Assembly (NCBI RefSeq): GCF_032191835.1 | Contig: NC_083224.1 | Location: 185,876,001-185,940,000 of the forward strand | Source of the DNA: Heteronotia binoei | Lineage: Eukaryota | Length of the DNA: 64,000 nt | Reading direction: 5' to 3' | In this document: positions 38,668-50,899 of the stretch, in pieces | Position numbering within the stretch: the stretch's first letter is position 1 | Layout of the letters: the number at the start of each line of letters is the position of its first letter | The notes under the pieces: model-generated | Told to the model about the DNA's origin: nothing | What the model saw: the letters and a program-made list of their open reading frames with translations, nothing else | Databases searched by the model: none | Program-made: the position numbers and the translations under genes

Positions 38668-40358
38668 GGTGGAAAGAAAGCAACTTTAACTTTATCTGCA
38701 TTTTCCAAGCTGCCAGCTGGCTTGGCAAAGTGATTTAAAGAGAGAAATGCCTTCTCTAAGCCAGCCAATGGGGTGGTGAGGGCTTCGAGAGCCATACAAT
38801 GTGTGAAAGAGCCACACGTGGCTTTTGAGCCACAGTTTTGCCACCTCTGGTATAAGCTTTTATGTGCATGCTGTCAGGGATGTTGCTGATATTCTCCTTC
38901 CCTGGAATCTAAATCTTGGAATGGTGGGGTGGGATGAGAGTGGATCGATCTTGTTTCTTGTGCACACACGTATGCATGCAAAGATCCAGCACATCGAACC
39001 CCTGTGCATTTCAGAGGCTGGCAAGGTACCTTTTGAATTTGGGATCGTCAACACCTTCTTAGTTCCTGTTTCCAAAATCAATCAATACCATATATAGCAG
39101 ATAGAACAGAGCTTTCAGTCAGGAGAAAATGGGGGCAGGGAGGCAGACAGTTTGCATTTGTGAAATGTTGGTGGATACGACCAGCCAGCTAGCAACACAC
39201 ACACACTTTTTGTGAAAACATAATGCTCCAATGTGCCCTTGTTCCATCTCAAAAATGAACAAAAATAAGAGTATCTTCATGTTGCTCTAATAAATATCTC
39301 CCATGCAGATATTATGTATTTTTTTTTTTTTTGCTCTTATGCACGTAAGTATTGTCAAGTCACAAGGAATTTATGGCAACCCCAGAAAGGGGCTTTCAAG
39401 GCAACTGATCGCCTTTCTTTGGCGATCTCCCATCCAAGAATAAACCCTGTTTAGCTTCTGAGATATGAAGTGATCCTGCCCCCCTTACCTTTCTGCTCTT
39501 AGTAAGATGTATTGGTGAAAAAAAACCTTTTCCTTTTTTAAAATATATTTGTTATTTGTTTGTCTGTGTGTAACATTGGGTAAACACGTGAAGCGGAGGT
39601 TCATCAGTAGCTATTAGCTACAAGGTATAGGTGGAACACTCGGGGCAGTGACGCTTTGTATTCTTGGCGTTTGCAGGGGGCAACAGTGGGAGGGCTTCTG
39701 GAGTTCTAGCCCCACTGGTGGACCTCCTGATGGCACCTGGGCTTTGGCCACTGTATAGCACGGAGCGTTGGACTGAATGGGACATTGGCCTGATCCAGCA
39801 TGGCATCTCAAGATTACAATAACTCTCCTGCAAAAGAGTTATTGTAATCTTGCAGGATTGAGGGGGCTGGAAGATCAGGAATTTCTGTGGTGTTCTCCTC
39901 CAAAGTACCTGGTGCTCCAGTGGGCTTCTTGGATGTTGATTCCTTGGGGGCTGCCCTGCCTCCTGCCATTTGTCTCAATCCGCTTTATTCGCCCCTGCAA
40001 AAACGTCTCCTGTTTGCCCCATTAGGCCCGCCATTAGAAGCCCGTTAGCCTCCTAAGGAGGGCAAACAGCACTCTTTGCAATCCATTGCCACCGAATAAA
40101 CCTGGCGTATGTCGGAGGGGGCGGACACCTGCCAAATCCCCCTCTCCTTCCTGTCAGCCCCAGGTTCTTCAGTTCTTTGCCATGGGGAGGGGGGGCAGTA
40201 AATACACAAGAGCCCTCCAGCTTGTGGACTGGCCCTAACGGGACCCATTTAGCACCTAGTTAGCGCCACAATTAGCTCTCTTTACCCTTCCTGATTGTTT
40301 CTTGGGGGAGGGGGAGTTAAGGCCTACTTGGTTCCCCTCATTTCAGTGCTGTTTTGGC

Positions 40359-40365
40359 TATAAAT
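40359..40365 (+). promoter_or_regulatory. TATA box of ADMP
   Basis: TATAAAT about 60 nt upstream of the ATG at 40425 (context GCCATGG). Confidence 0.7.
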
Positions 40366-40424
40366 TTAGCTGTCAGGCAGGGAGAGTTGAGTCGGTGTGG
40401 AGGAACCTGAGGGAAACAAGAGCC

Positions 40425-43400
40425 ATGGCCCTTTCTCGACTTCTGCTGTGTTTCCTCCTCGCCTGGGTGCCAGCCTGCTCCGCCCGACCCTCCCAGGCCC
40501 ACCTGGCAGCGGGCAGCTCTGAGGACCAGCGAGCGGAGGCCCTCAAGAGACTCTTGCAAGTCTTCGGCATTATGGACATCCCCCAGTCCCCTCATGGGAT
40601 CAAAGAGCCCCCTCAGTACATGGTGGATCTCTACAACACGGTGGCTGGGGCTGATGGGGTCACCAAAGACCCAGATATCTTGGAAGGGAACACGGTGCGC
40701 AGCTTTTTGGACAAATGTGAGTATCGCCACTCTGGCAGGGACAGCGTAGAGATGAGAGGCTGGTTGCAAATTATGCTTTCTTGGGCAGCCCAAAGGAGGG
40801 GGAAGAGCCTACCAGAGAAAGTCCTCCTTGTTTCATTGATTTTATTTTATTTATTCACCATATTCCACCCCTCGCTCCCTCACGTCCTGCTCTCATACAT
40901 CTTACATTCATATCTTGCGTCTCTCAAACACCTGACATGTATTTTGTGCATCTTTTATATTAAGCAAGTTTGGCCACCCCTGGTTTAGTCTAACAAATGT
41001 ATTGACAAACGGGCACTCTTCGTGAGGTAATGGAATGGTGAATTTCAAATGGTGAATTTCAAATATCTTATTTCCATTGTTGCGAATGCTGCGTCTTGTT
41101 GTTTATATCCCCATATAACTTTTAAATGTAAAAACGAAAAGCGCTCAGTCTTGGGGCTGACTTAAGGGAGATTTGTGACTTGCAATCTAAGAATGAGTCC
41201 GTTATAAATGCATTGCTGGGGGTGGGAAGATTGTTCAGTGGCTAAAAAAACCTGAGCCTCCACATTCAGAGGCAATATATCTCAAACTCTGAAGATCAAT
41301 TCTGTGGGAGGAAGTATGGGAAAGAGCCAATGCTAAACTAAACAAATAACTAAAGAAATATCCTGTTTGGCTTTCCTGGGGGACATGTGGGTTGCTACAG
41401 TCAAAGACAGGATGCTGAGCCTGCTGGATCAGACTTTAGTTTCTGACTCCATAGTGCCTTCCAGTAGCCTCAAGACTCTTAGGGGCTTCAGGCTTGCCAG
41501 CCTCCAGGTGGGGCCTGGAGATCTCCCACTTTTACAACTGATCTCCAGCTGGCAGAGATCAGCTCCCCCGGAGAAAATGGCTGCTTTGAAGGGTGGGCTC
41601 TGTGACATTGTACCGTGCTGAGCCCCTTTCCTCCTCAAACCCGCCCTCTCCCAGATCCACTCCCAATATCTCCAGGTGTTTTCCAACCCAGACCTGGCAA
41701 GTGGCAACCCTATTCAGATCTGATTTCAGGCTGCAATTCTGGACTGCATAAGGAAGCAATCCATTTGAATCCCATTTTCAGTTCTTTCTGCAGGAACATC
41801 TGTGCTGTGTGACCGAGCTAGCCAAAGTTTGTGTAGGCATTTATCTATGCATTTTTAGATATACCATGGTGGGCGGGTGGGTGGATCGATTCAGACATGA
41901 GAATTCCCAGTCTGAGAGCTGCCCTCAGAGCAGTCTAGAAAGCCCTGAGGAATGTTGATTGAGAAGGCTGCCACATATATTAACCTCCTTCCTGGACTGA
42001 CTTTTAAGAGAAGTGCCTTTTCTTTCAAAATCCACAGGCTGTGAAAACGTCTGGGAGGAACAGATTAAGGCTGGGATTGAATGTCCTCCAGTCATTTTAT
42101 CTTATCAGGTGCCAACCTCCTGGTGGAGCCTGGAAATCTCCCACTTTTACAGCCGATCTCCGGACAACAGAGTTGTTAGTCACATTTCTCTCGGAGCTGT
42201 TATCTCAAGAGCAGTTTCTGTCAGAGCTCTCAGCCCCACTTACAGAGTGACTGTTGTGCGGAGGGGAAGGAGATTGTAAACTGCTCTGAGACTCGGAGCG
42301 AAGGGTGTGGTATAAATCCAATCTCCTCCTCTTCTTCTTCCTCTTCTTCCTCCTCCTCCTTCTGGCTAAAGGAATTTGTAGGCCAAAAATTTGTAGTCCT
42401 TTTCAGCCCTGGCCCCTGCCTGGTGGAATGAACTCCCCCTGGAGATCCGGGCCCTGCAGGATTTACTTCAATTCCGCAAGGCCTGTAAAACAGAGCTCTT
42501 TCGCCAGGCTTTCAGCTGAGGCAGCGGACGTCACTTGTTATTGGCCTCCCCCCTTTCATTCCATCTCAGTGCTGTAGAACCTGCTGGACCTGGACAATAG
42601 GTCATGTCTGTGAGACAGAATTTGCCATGTTAGTCTCTATTGTTATTCTGTAATTTGAGATTTTATAAATATTAATTGTTTTTAATTGTTGATTGTTTTT
42701 ACGATGTAACCGGCCCTGAGCCTGTTCTACGGGAAGGGTGGGCTAAAAACTGAATAAACTAAATAAATAAATACAAAAATTAAAAAAGGGCCATGAGAAA
42801 GTACCAGTTCACACCAATAACCACGACTGCTTTGCATTGCAGTCCACAGCAGCCAGATGCATTTCCTGTTCATCCTGTCCAGCGTTGCCAAGAACGAGCA
42901 GGTGCTGACAGCTGAACTGCACCTGTTCAAATTGCGGGGCAGGCCGAGCAATGGGCCCCTCAGCAGGCATCACTTCTGCCAGGTAAAAATGCTCGCCTTC
43001 AGCCTGCCTTCATGAGGTCTAGCCACTTGGGAAAGGGTTCTGTTACGATTTATCCTGTATGAGTAGGGTTGCCAATCCCCAGGTGGGGCAGGGGATCCCC
43101 CGGTTTGGAGGCCCTCCCCCCGCTTCAGGGTCGTCAGAAAGCGGGGGGAGGGGAGGGAAATGTCTGCTGGGGACTCTATTATTCCCTATGGCGATTTATT
43201 CCCATAGAAGATCATGGAGAATTGATCCGTGGGTATCTGGGGCTCTGGGGGGAGCTGTTTTTTGGGGTAGAGGCACCAAATTTTCAGTATAGCATCTAGT
43301 GCCTCTCCCCAAAATATCCACCAAGTTTCAAAAAGATTGGACCCGGGGGTCCAATTCTATGAGCCCCAAAAGAAGGTGCCCCTATCCTTCATTATTTCCT

Positions 43401-46392
43401 ATGGAAGGAAGGCATTGAAAAGGTGTGCCGTCCCTTTAAATGTGATGGCCAGAACTCCCTTTGGAGTTCAATGATGTTTGTCACAGCCTTGATCTTGGCT
43501 CCACCCCTCCTGTCTCCTGGTTCATTAGCACAACTCATTTGCATATGCCACGCACTCCTGACATCACCAGAAGGTGTACTAAATTATATCAACTCAGCAT
43601 CTGCCTTAAAATGCTTCTTGAATTATAATTGTCATCATCAAACCTTACTCCCATCATACTTTTGAAATGACTTTCTTCTGTGTGGCCACAGTGGAATGAT
43701 GAAGATTTCCATCTGCTTTATATGTTTTGATTAATTCCCCCCCCCCCACTTTTATTTTTTTGGACGGAAAAATATTAGAAAGTTTGTCAAATGTTAGAAT
43801 TCAGCAAAATTCTCACAAGGGCTTTGAACAATAGCACTTAGAAGCAAAAAAAAAAAATTGGGGGAGGGGGGGGTTAAGAAAGAAAACACAATAAAATTTA
43901 GAGGTGTAAGCTCCTGCCCAAAATGAGGCCTGAACCTACCCAAGTCATTAATGAGATATTGCAGCCAAAAGCTGTGTATTTACTTGAGCTAATGACTCTG
44001 ACCTCAGATTTTCAAAGTATCACAATCAGTGTTCCCTCTAAGCTTAGTTAGTGTGAGCTAACTCACAGTTTTTTAGTCTCCAGCTCACACATTTTTGTCT
44101 TAGCTCAAGGAAAAATGGCCCCAGAGCAAGCTAATTTATGCAGTAGCTCACAGCTTTAAAGCCAGCAGCTCCCAAAGTAGAATTTTTGCTCACAAGACCC
44201 TACAGCTTAGAGGGAGTATTGATCACAATAATGGTCCATTTGGGATGTTGGTTACTTAGCCCTGGACTCATTCTCTTCTAGGTTAGCGTGTACCAAGTCC
44301 TGGACCAGCAGAACCTGGACTCCCCAGAGGGAAAGAAACTGCTCTCTGCCAGATTACTTGCTGTGCATGGATATGGCTGGGAAGTCTTCAGCATCACACA
44401 AGCGGTGAGTTGATTGATAGCCTGCCTTATAGGGCTGTTGTAAGGACTGCAAAAAGATCATTGAGCCGGTGGTCATTTTTAGGCAAACATCACCAGCTTC
44501 ATGTGGCATTCCAGGTTCGCGACTGGACAGAAGAGGAAAGCAGCAACCACGGCTTGCTGGTGACTGTGCAGGGTCTTGGCGGAGCAGTGCTGGAACCCGG
44601 CGCTGTGCAGTTTGCTTCTGGACGAGATCACCACGAGAGCAAGAAACCAATGCTGGTTTTGTTCACCGATGATGGACGGCGGGGAGCAGCGTTGCCCACA
44701 AGCCCTTTTTCAGGTGAGGGGGGTGTCTTTTGCCATCCGTCTTCAGGTGTAATCCCCTGCCCATTAGCAGCAAAATGGAAGCCACCTGTTTTTAAATCTG
44801 GAGTGAATGGCTACAATCAGGGCTTCTTTTTTGGTGGAAAAAGCCCAGCAGGAACTCATTTGTATATTAGGCCACACTCCCTGGTGCCAAGCCAGCTGGA
44901 ACTGTGTTCCTGTGCATTCCTGCTCAAAAAAGCCCTGGCTACATTACTCTAAAAGCACATAGCAAATAAAAACACTGGGGAGAATGCAGAAAACCAGACG
45001 TTACGTGGAATGTGGGATGAATGTGCATCCTCGCTATGGGCCACAGAGGAAAGGACAGAAGGTTTTCTACTATCAAGGGCACAATCTGAGATTTGTCAAC
45101 ATTTATTGTTTGAGGACAAAGCAGAAATCTTTATTGGCCTTCGGGATTTGGTTGCCGATTCCGACTGGGAAATTCCTGGAAATTTGGGGATGGGGCCTGG
45201 GGAGGACAAGGACCTCAGTGGGGAATAAGGCCACAGAACCCACCCTCCAAAGCAGCCGTTTTCTCCAGGGGAACTGATCTCTGCAATCCTAGGATCAGTT
45301 GTAATTCCTGGAGATCTCTCCCCCTCTCCAGCTAATAATCCTTCCAATGGACTTGCTTACTACGTCATCCTCGGCCCTTTCCAACTCTATGATTCTAGGC
45401 ACCTTTCTCAGACGTAAGTCCTATTTTATTCACTGAGGCTTATTCCTAGGGAAATATTTCTGGAATTGCAAGCTTAAAATGTTCTTAGGGATGGTGTGAA
45501 CAGGGCTCTTTTTCTAGCAGGAGCTCCTCTACATATTAGGCCACGCGCAAAATCCATTCTGTAATATACACTGTCATTTGAGGGGGGTCGAGGCCCAATT
45601 TCCCTCTAAGCTGTGGAGTCTTGTGAGCAGAAATTCTACTTTGTGAGCTGCTAGCATGAAGGTTGTGAGCTGCTGCATAAATTAGTCTGCTCTGGGGCCA
45701 TTCTTCCTTAGCTAAGACAAAAAATGTATGAGCCAGAGGCTAAAAAACTGAACTAGCTCACACTAACTCAGCTTAGAGGGAACACTGGTTGGGGTTTCAA
45801 TACATCTGGGATCTCTACCCTTCTTCTCCACAGAGCTGGCCTCACTTTGGCCTCATGGATACGCCAAAACCACATTTTACAATTACAGTATCTGAGCATT
45901 AACAACTTGCCAGGCTAAAAAAACTCCTTTGCTGGTTCACAATCTTCGCTTTGATTCTAACTCTGATCTTTCCTTTCCTTAGATTTAGCCCTGCAGAACC
46001 CGGCCCTTCCCGTGGAAGTAGGAATCCCTCAAAGCAACAGGACACGGGCCCCACGCTCAGCAGATGAGCAGCGGCTGCCTTGCCAGTTACGCCCGCTTTT
46101 GGTAGACTTTGAGGAGATCGGATGGAACGGCTGGATCATCTCTCCCCGCGGGTACAACGCCTTCCACTGCAGGGGTTCCTGCCCCTTCCCACTGGGGGAG
46201 AACATGCGGCCCACCAACCACGCCACTGTCCAGTCCATCATTAATGCGCTGAAGCTCAGTCAGGACGTCAGTGGGCCCTGCTGTGTGCCCGATAAACTCT
46301 ATTCCATCAATCTGCTCTATTTCGATGACGATGAAAATGTGGTCTTGAAGCAGTACGACGACATGGTGGCTGGGAGCTGTGGCTGTCATTGA
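40425..46392 (+). CDS. admp: Anti-dorsalizing morphogenetic protein (TGF-beta/BMP family), 5 exons, 387 aa
   Basis: Exons 40425-40716, 42843-42982, 44282-44404, 44515-44713, 45983-46392; GT-AG, phases 1,0,0,1; 1164 nt. Signal peptide MALSRLLLCFLLAWVPACSA, prodomain PPQYMVDLY/EGNTVRSF, furin-type RAPR at 46045-46056. The 7-Cys mature domain VDFEEIGWNGWIISPRGYNAFHCRGSCPFPLGENMRPTNHATVQSIINALKL..PCCVPDKLYSINLLYFDDDENVVLKQYDDMVAGSCGCH is ADMP-specific. Confidence 0.95.
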
Positions 46393-46993
46393 ACTCCTTA
46401 GGAGGGGAGACTTCCCTCCTTATCTCCTATCCTACCCTCCCCTCCAAACCCCAAGCCTCAGGGAAGAGGCTGGATGGTGAGTCTCCTAAGAGACCATCAA
46501 TGGCTTTGGATCATTAGACCCTCCATATTGCCCGGTCTATCCAGATCAGGGCTGGGTCCTTATTTTTTGAGGATCCCATATTTTACTACTCATCCCTTGC
46601 CCTTATTCTGCCCTTTGGAGAGAAAATATTATATGTATTCGTTTCGGGCCCAGGTCTCCAGAAACCAGATCCCTGAGTAAGCAGTAGATCTTTCTTCCTT
46701 GATTCTCTTTGATTCCTAAAGCTGCCAGCAACTGACCTTACTTAAAAAAAAAAAAAATACTTTGATTTCCATTTGGTGAGTGAACTCAGTCATCATTGAC
46801 TGAGCTTCAGACCCCTTGCGACCCCTCACAAAGAGCCCCTTCGCTTCTGATTGTACCATACTGTATATATCCAAAGTGCTAATATTTATTTGTTATATCT
46901 GGAACCTCCCTGTACATTGCACTTCCTGTAAATATCTGTATAGTATGAATGTAATCATTTTGCTGTGTATAATCTTGCCAATCGCCTGTCAAT

Positions 46994-46999
46994 ATTAAA
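46994..46999 (+). terminator. Candidate ADMP polyadenylation signal (ATTAAA variant)
   Basis: ATTAAA at the end of an AU-rich stretch about 600 nt after the stop; no AATAAA seen nearby. Confidence 0.4.
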
Positions 47000-48702
47000 T
47001 AGATGAAGCCAGCGTCTTGCCATGTAACGTGTGTGGATTCTCCCCCCCCCCAAAAAAAAAATAGCCTTTGAGGAGGGAAGCAGGAGAGGGGGAGATATCT
47101 GTGTGCCATAGAAGTACAAAAGTGATAGTTCCCAGTGCGTAGGAGGTCTTAGTGTCTATCATTTAAAAAGTACCTCCAAAGTTCACCTTGTGAGACATAG
47201 GATTTGAGTTGAGTATTGTTTCCCTTCTCGCAAGCCAGAGAAAGTGCTTACAGGGTAGCTAGCTTCTAATCCCCTGGATTCAGTGAGCTTTCTACCCCCA
47301 ACTAGCATCAGTGACGGTTAGTTAGGACAGTCCTACAGAACCCCCAGGCACAGAGGCAGTGAACAGGCACATGATTACCTTAATCAGACCATCGGTCCCC
47401 ATCAAGGCCAGTATTGTCTACTTGGACTGGAGTAGCTCTCCAGGTAGGCGAAGGTCTTTCATGTCACTTACTGCGTGGTGCTTTCAACTGGAGAAGCAAG
47501 GGATTGAACCTAGGACAGGGGTGGTCAAACTGTGGCTCAGGAGCCACATGCGGCTCTTTCACACATATTATGTGGCAACTGGAGGTCGAGGAACTTAATG
47601 CAGGCTTATTCTCAAACAAGCAGGCTTAGCATCGGGACCTCAGTCAGTCTCTTAGCACTGACCCACTGAGGGGTGGGGGGTAGTTGGTGAAATAGTTTTC
47701 CTTGTTGCAATGCACTATCCCATGGCTGTGGACTATATTATAGAATTAGTAGGGTATTTTTCTCTTTGACAATGTTTCTGAAAATAATTTGCACTGTTCC
47801 CACGTCTTATGAGATGTTTTGAGATATAATTTAAAAAAATCATTATACAGTTCTATATGCATAGTACTTTTCGTTATTTGGGTTATGATATCTTTTTGGG
47901 ACTGTGTTGCACTTCCCTGTATAATCTTGTAGTTTGGCACCCAGCCTCCAGGTAGTGACTGGAGATCTTCTTGCATTATGACTGATCTCCAGGCAACAGA
48001 GATCAGTTCACATGGGGAAAACGGCCACTCTGGAAGGTGGTCTCAACACTGAAGTCCCTCCCTTCCTCCAGCTGGCAATTCTACCCTGATCAGATGTAGA
48101 TGCGTGTCGCTGCTTTGTGGCATCCTGCTTCCATTTGGATCAAGCGATGGGATGAAATCTATTTGAAACTGATCCGAAAGATTCTGGGCCCAGAGAATTG
48201 GTCCAAAAAGATGGTTGTTTTTTGGCCCTTAGAAGAAAAAAAAACTCTTCCAGTTCAGTTGCATCAGACCTGCCACAGTCCTGTCTGGTCCTCTCCCAAT
48301 TGGCTGTCTCCCACATCTATGCTAAAGAAGGAAACACATGTGCCATATAAATCATTGACCACCATTTGTATCATTATGCATCTCTCTTTGTCTTGGCACC
48401 AAGATTAGTAACCACAGCTCCTATAAGAGCTATGAAACTTAAGGGGATCCTTGCATTGCCCACTTTAATTCAGTCTCTCCTTCCAGTGGCTCTCCTGGCT
48501 CTTGCACTTCCCCCCCCCCCCCACTCTAAGTTTCTGGGCAACCTCTGTAGTGCAAGAGAAGAGCCTACAAGGCTGCCTATTTTCCCCTCCTTCCCCACTT
48601 CACCCATGGTGCTCAAGTCAGCTTTTGTATTTACTCACTTCCGTTTCTATCCCTGCCTTTCCTCCCCAGTGGGGCCCCGAAGCAGCTGATATCGTTCTTC
48701 TT

Positions 48703-49745
48703 CAGTTTTAGCCTCACAACAACCCTAGGAGGTAGGTTAACCTAAGAGCGTGTGATTGGCCCAAGGTCACATAGTGAGCTTCTGTAAATTGTGGGGATTC
48801 AAACCCAGGTCTTCCAGATTCTAGTCTGACACTCTTATACAGTAATATGGGGAAAGGGCTGTGGCTCAGTGGCAGAGCTGCCCAGACCTTTTTTTGTAGA
48901 AAAAGCCCACAGGAACTCATTTGCACATTACAACACACCCCCGATGTCACCATTGTTTCACACAGGGCTTTATCCTACAAAAAAGCCCAGCAGGAACTTA
49001 TTCGCATATTAGACCCCAAGCCAGCTGGAACTGCGTTCCTGCTCAAAAAAAGCCCTGGAGCTGCCTCTGTGAAAGGGCAGGTGGAAATGACTGTGCTGGA
49101 CTAAAAACCCATACCCCCTCACTGCCCCCAGCTGAGTGGTGGGCCGCAGAGAGTCCCTGATTGCTGCCCCCAACAATTACTTGCTCATCGTGTTGGGTTG
49201 CTACTTGTATCCTCAAGGGGAAAGAAAAGGGCTAGATGGAGCAGGAACACGCAGGAACGCAGTTCCAGCTGGCTTGATGTCATGGGGTGTGGCCTAACAT
49301 GCAAATGAGCTCCTGCTGGGCTTTTCCCACCAAAAAAGCCCTGGCTAGATGGAATGCAAAGAGACTGTACAGCTGCCATGGGGTGCCAAACCAGAAGATT
49401 TGTTAGTGAGTGTGATCTCCCTTTGCTGGACTCCATCCCAAACTTGCTGGTTTGGAAAGATCTTTTGGAAAGATTGCAGCCAACAGTCTCCACAAGAACT
49501 TACCTTGCTGCAATAAACCCTCGCATCCTGATCTTAGAAAAACTTCCAGCTCTGGGTACGATGGATTTCTACAAACGTTAACAGAGTTGATGATTTCCTG
49601 GCCAGAGGAAAGAGAAAGCGTGAGATCCTGTCGTCTGGGGAGGGAGAGTTCCCCTGAGGTGCCCCCAAACAGGATGAGAATCTGCAAAGCCCTCCCACTT
49701 GAACCAAAGGCTTTGGTGACCTAACTTGCATTGCCAGTCTCCAAG
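48703..49745. repeat. Segmental duplication, copy A (paired with 61799-63900)
   Basis: Colinear similarity including non-repeat sequence: 49060-49220 vs 62090-62250, 49378-49470 vs 62290-62385, 49481-49745 vs 63626-63900. Roughly 80-85% identity by eye. Confidence 0.85.
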
Positions 49746-49775
49746 TGGTTATAAGTAAACACAACCCTCAGGTTA
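49504..49775 (-). other. Exon-like segment of the unidentified minus-strand gene family (copy 1)
   Basis: Strong CAAG|GTAAGT donor at 49504/49503; frame ...RALQILILFGG...LSLSSGQEIINSVNVCRNPSYPELEVFLRSGCEGLLQQ. Paralogous to 63648-63930. Acceptor unresolved and an in-frame TAG lies upstream. Confidence 0.4.
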
Positions 49776-49929
49776 TAGTGACAAATTAATAATAAATATA
49801 AAAAATAAAAGAAAGGGAGGGGGCGGAGCGTCGCTGGTTCATGGCAGACGTGTTCTGAAGGAGCTCCCGAGCTACCCCCTGTATATCGGTATATTAAACT
49901 CACCAGACTTCGATTTTGAAAACTTTCTG

Positions 49930-50899
49930 ATGGGAATGCAAACCAAAAGCAAAAGGAAATCAACTTCCAAAGGAGGAAAATCTGTCGCTGACTTCTTCAA
50001 GCCAGAATCAACAGAAAAGGTCAGTCCCCCTCAAACTAGATCGGCTGCAAATATGGCTGCCGGCAACCCTCCCTCCCCGAGATCAGGGCATGAAGACGAG
50101 GAAGCCCCCATAAGTAAGAGGGACCTAGAAGACTTAAAATCCGATATACATCGGTTCTTCACTGAGTCCATGGAAAACTTTCTAAAACCCATTCAGTCTC
50201 GAGTGCAAGAGCTCTCTGAGGAACTAACTGTTACCGCCAAACTGGCTGAGCAAGCAGCAGAGGGTGCGCTGGGTTTAAAAGAAGACATTAAAACAATGAA
50301 AAATTATGAGTCCCAACTGGAGAACAGGATTGTCCTACTTGAAAATCGCCACAGGGCTGGCAACCTCAAATTTAGAGGAATTGAAGAGGGGGAGGAAAAA
50401 GACTCAGAATTATCTATTTTTTATTAATAAATGGCTGACCAAAACACTAAAAATGGAGGAGGGTCCCCCAATTGCGATTTCCAAGGCACAAAGGCTTGGT
50501 GCAATGGCAGCGGCAAAGCGTGGTAGACCACGAGACATTCTTGTAAGTTTCGTGTTCCCAAAAACAAGAGACATGATTCTAAGAGAGGTGAGGCTCCACG
50601 GGGCACTTTCCTACAAAGGTAAAACAGTTTTGACTCTCCTGGACCTTCCCCCTGAAGCCTTGGCAAAAAGAAGAAGACTTAAGCCTTTCGTCTCTAAACT
50701 CCATGACACGAATATTAGGTTCAGATGGAGCCCGTCGTCTGATATTCTAGTATTCAAAAATGGCGCCCTGCTTAAGGCTTACAACGTGGAGACCGGGAAA
50801 GAATTACTGAACTCTCTTGCTATCAAGTTGTCTCCAGCAGAAGAGGAAGCCCTGGCTAGGGAAAGCGCTGCCGAAGAAAATCTACCGTTGGGATCCTAG
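49930..50899 (+). pseudogene. L1 ORF1 (coiled coil + RRM/CTD), one +1 frameshift
   Basis: ORFs 49930-50427 and 50306-50899 join into 322 aa if one T is removed from the T-run at 50417-50422. Motifs LENRHRAGNLKFRGIEE, RPRDILVSF, IRFRW are L1 ORF1p-like. Confidence 0.85.

Noticed and set aside
31295-38795. Track ORFs containing X runs (31295-31760, 38160-38795)
   Set aside because: They span assembly gaps.
40302-40424. N-terminal extension in track ORF 40302-40988
   Set aside because: Starts at TTG upstream of the TATA box; the real start is the Kozak ATG at 40425. The ORF tail after 40716 is intron.
46012-46392. Calling the TGF-beta gene Nodal, BMP2/4 or GDF
   Set aside because: FEEIGWNGWIISPRGYNA, MRPTNHATVQSII and LLYFDDDENVVLKQYDDMVAGSCGCH, the 5-exon layout and adjacency to Pinhead all fit ADMP.
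48113-48320. Minus-strand MWETANWERTRQDCGRSDATELEEFFFLLRAKKQPSFWTNSLG, faintly like a C-type lectin
   Set aside because: Too few conserved Cys/Trp positions, no WIGL motif, and no acceptor phase that joins this frame to the upstream candidate exon.
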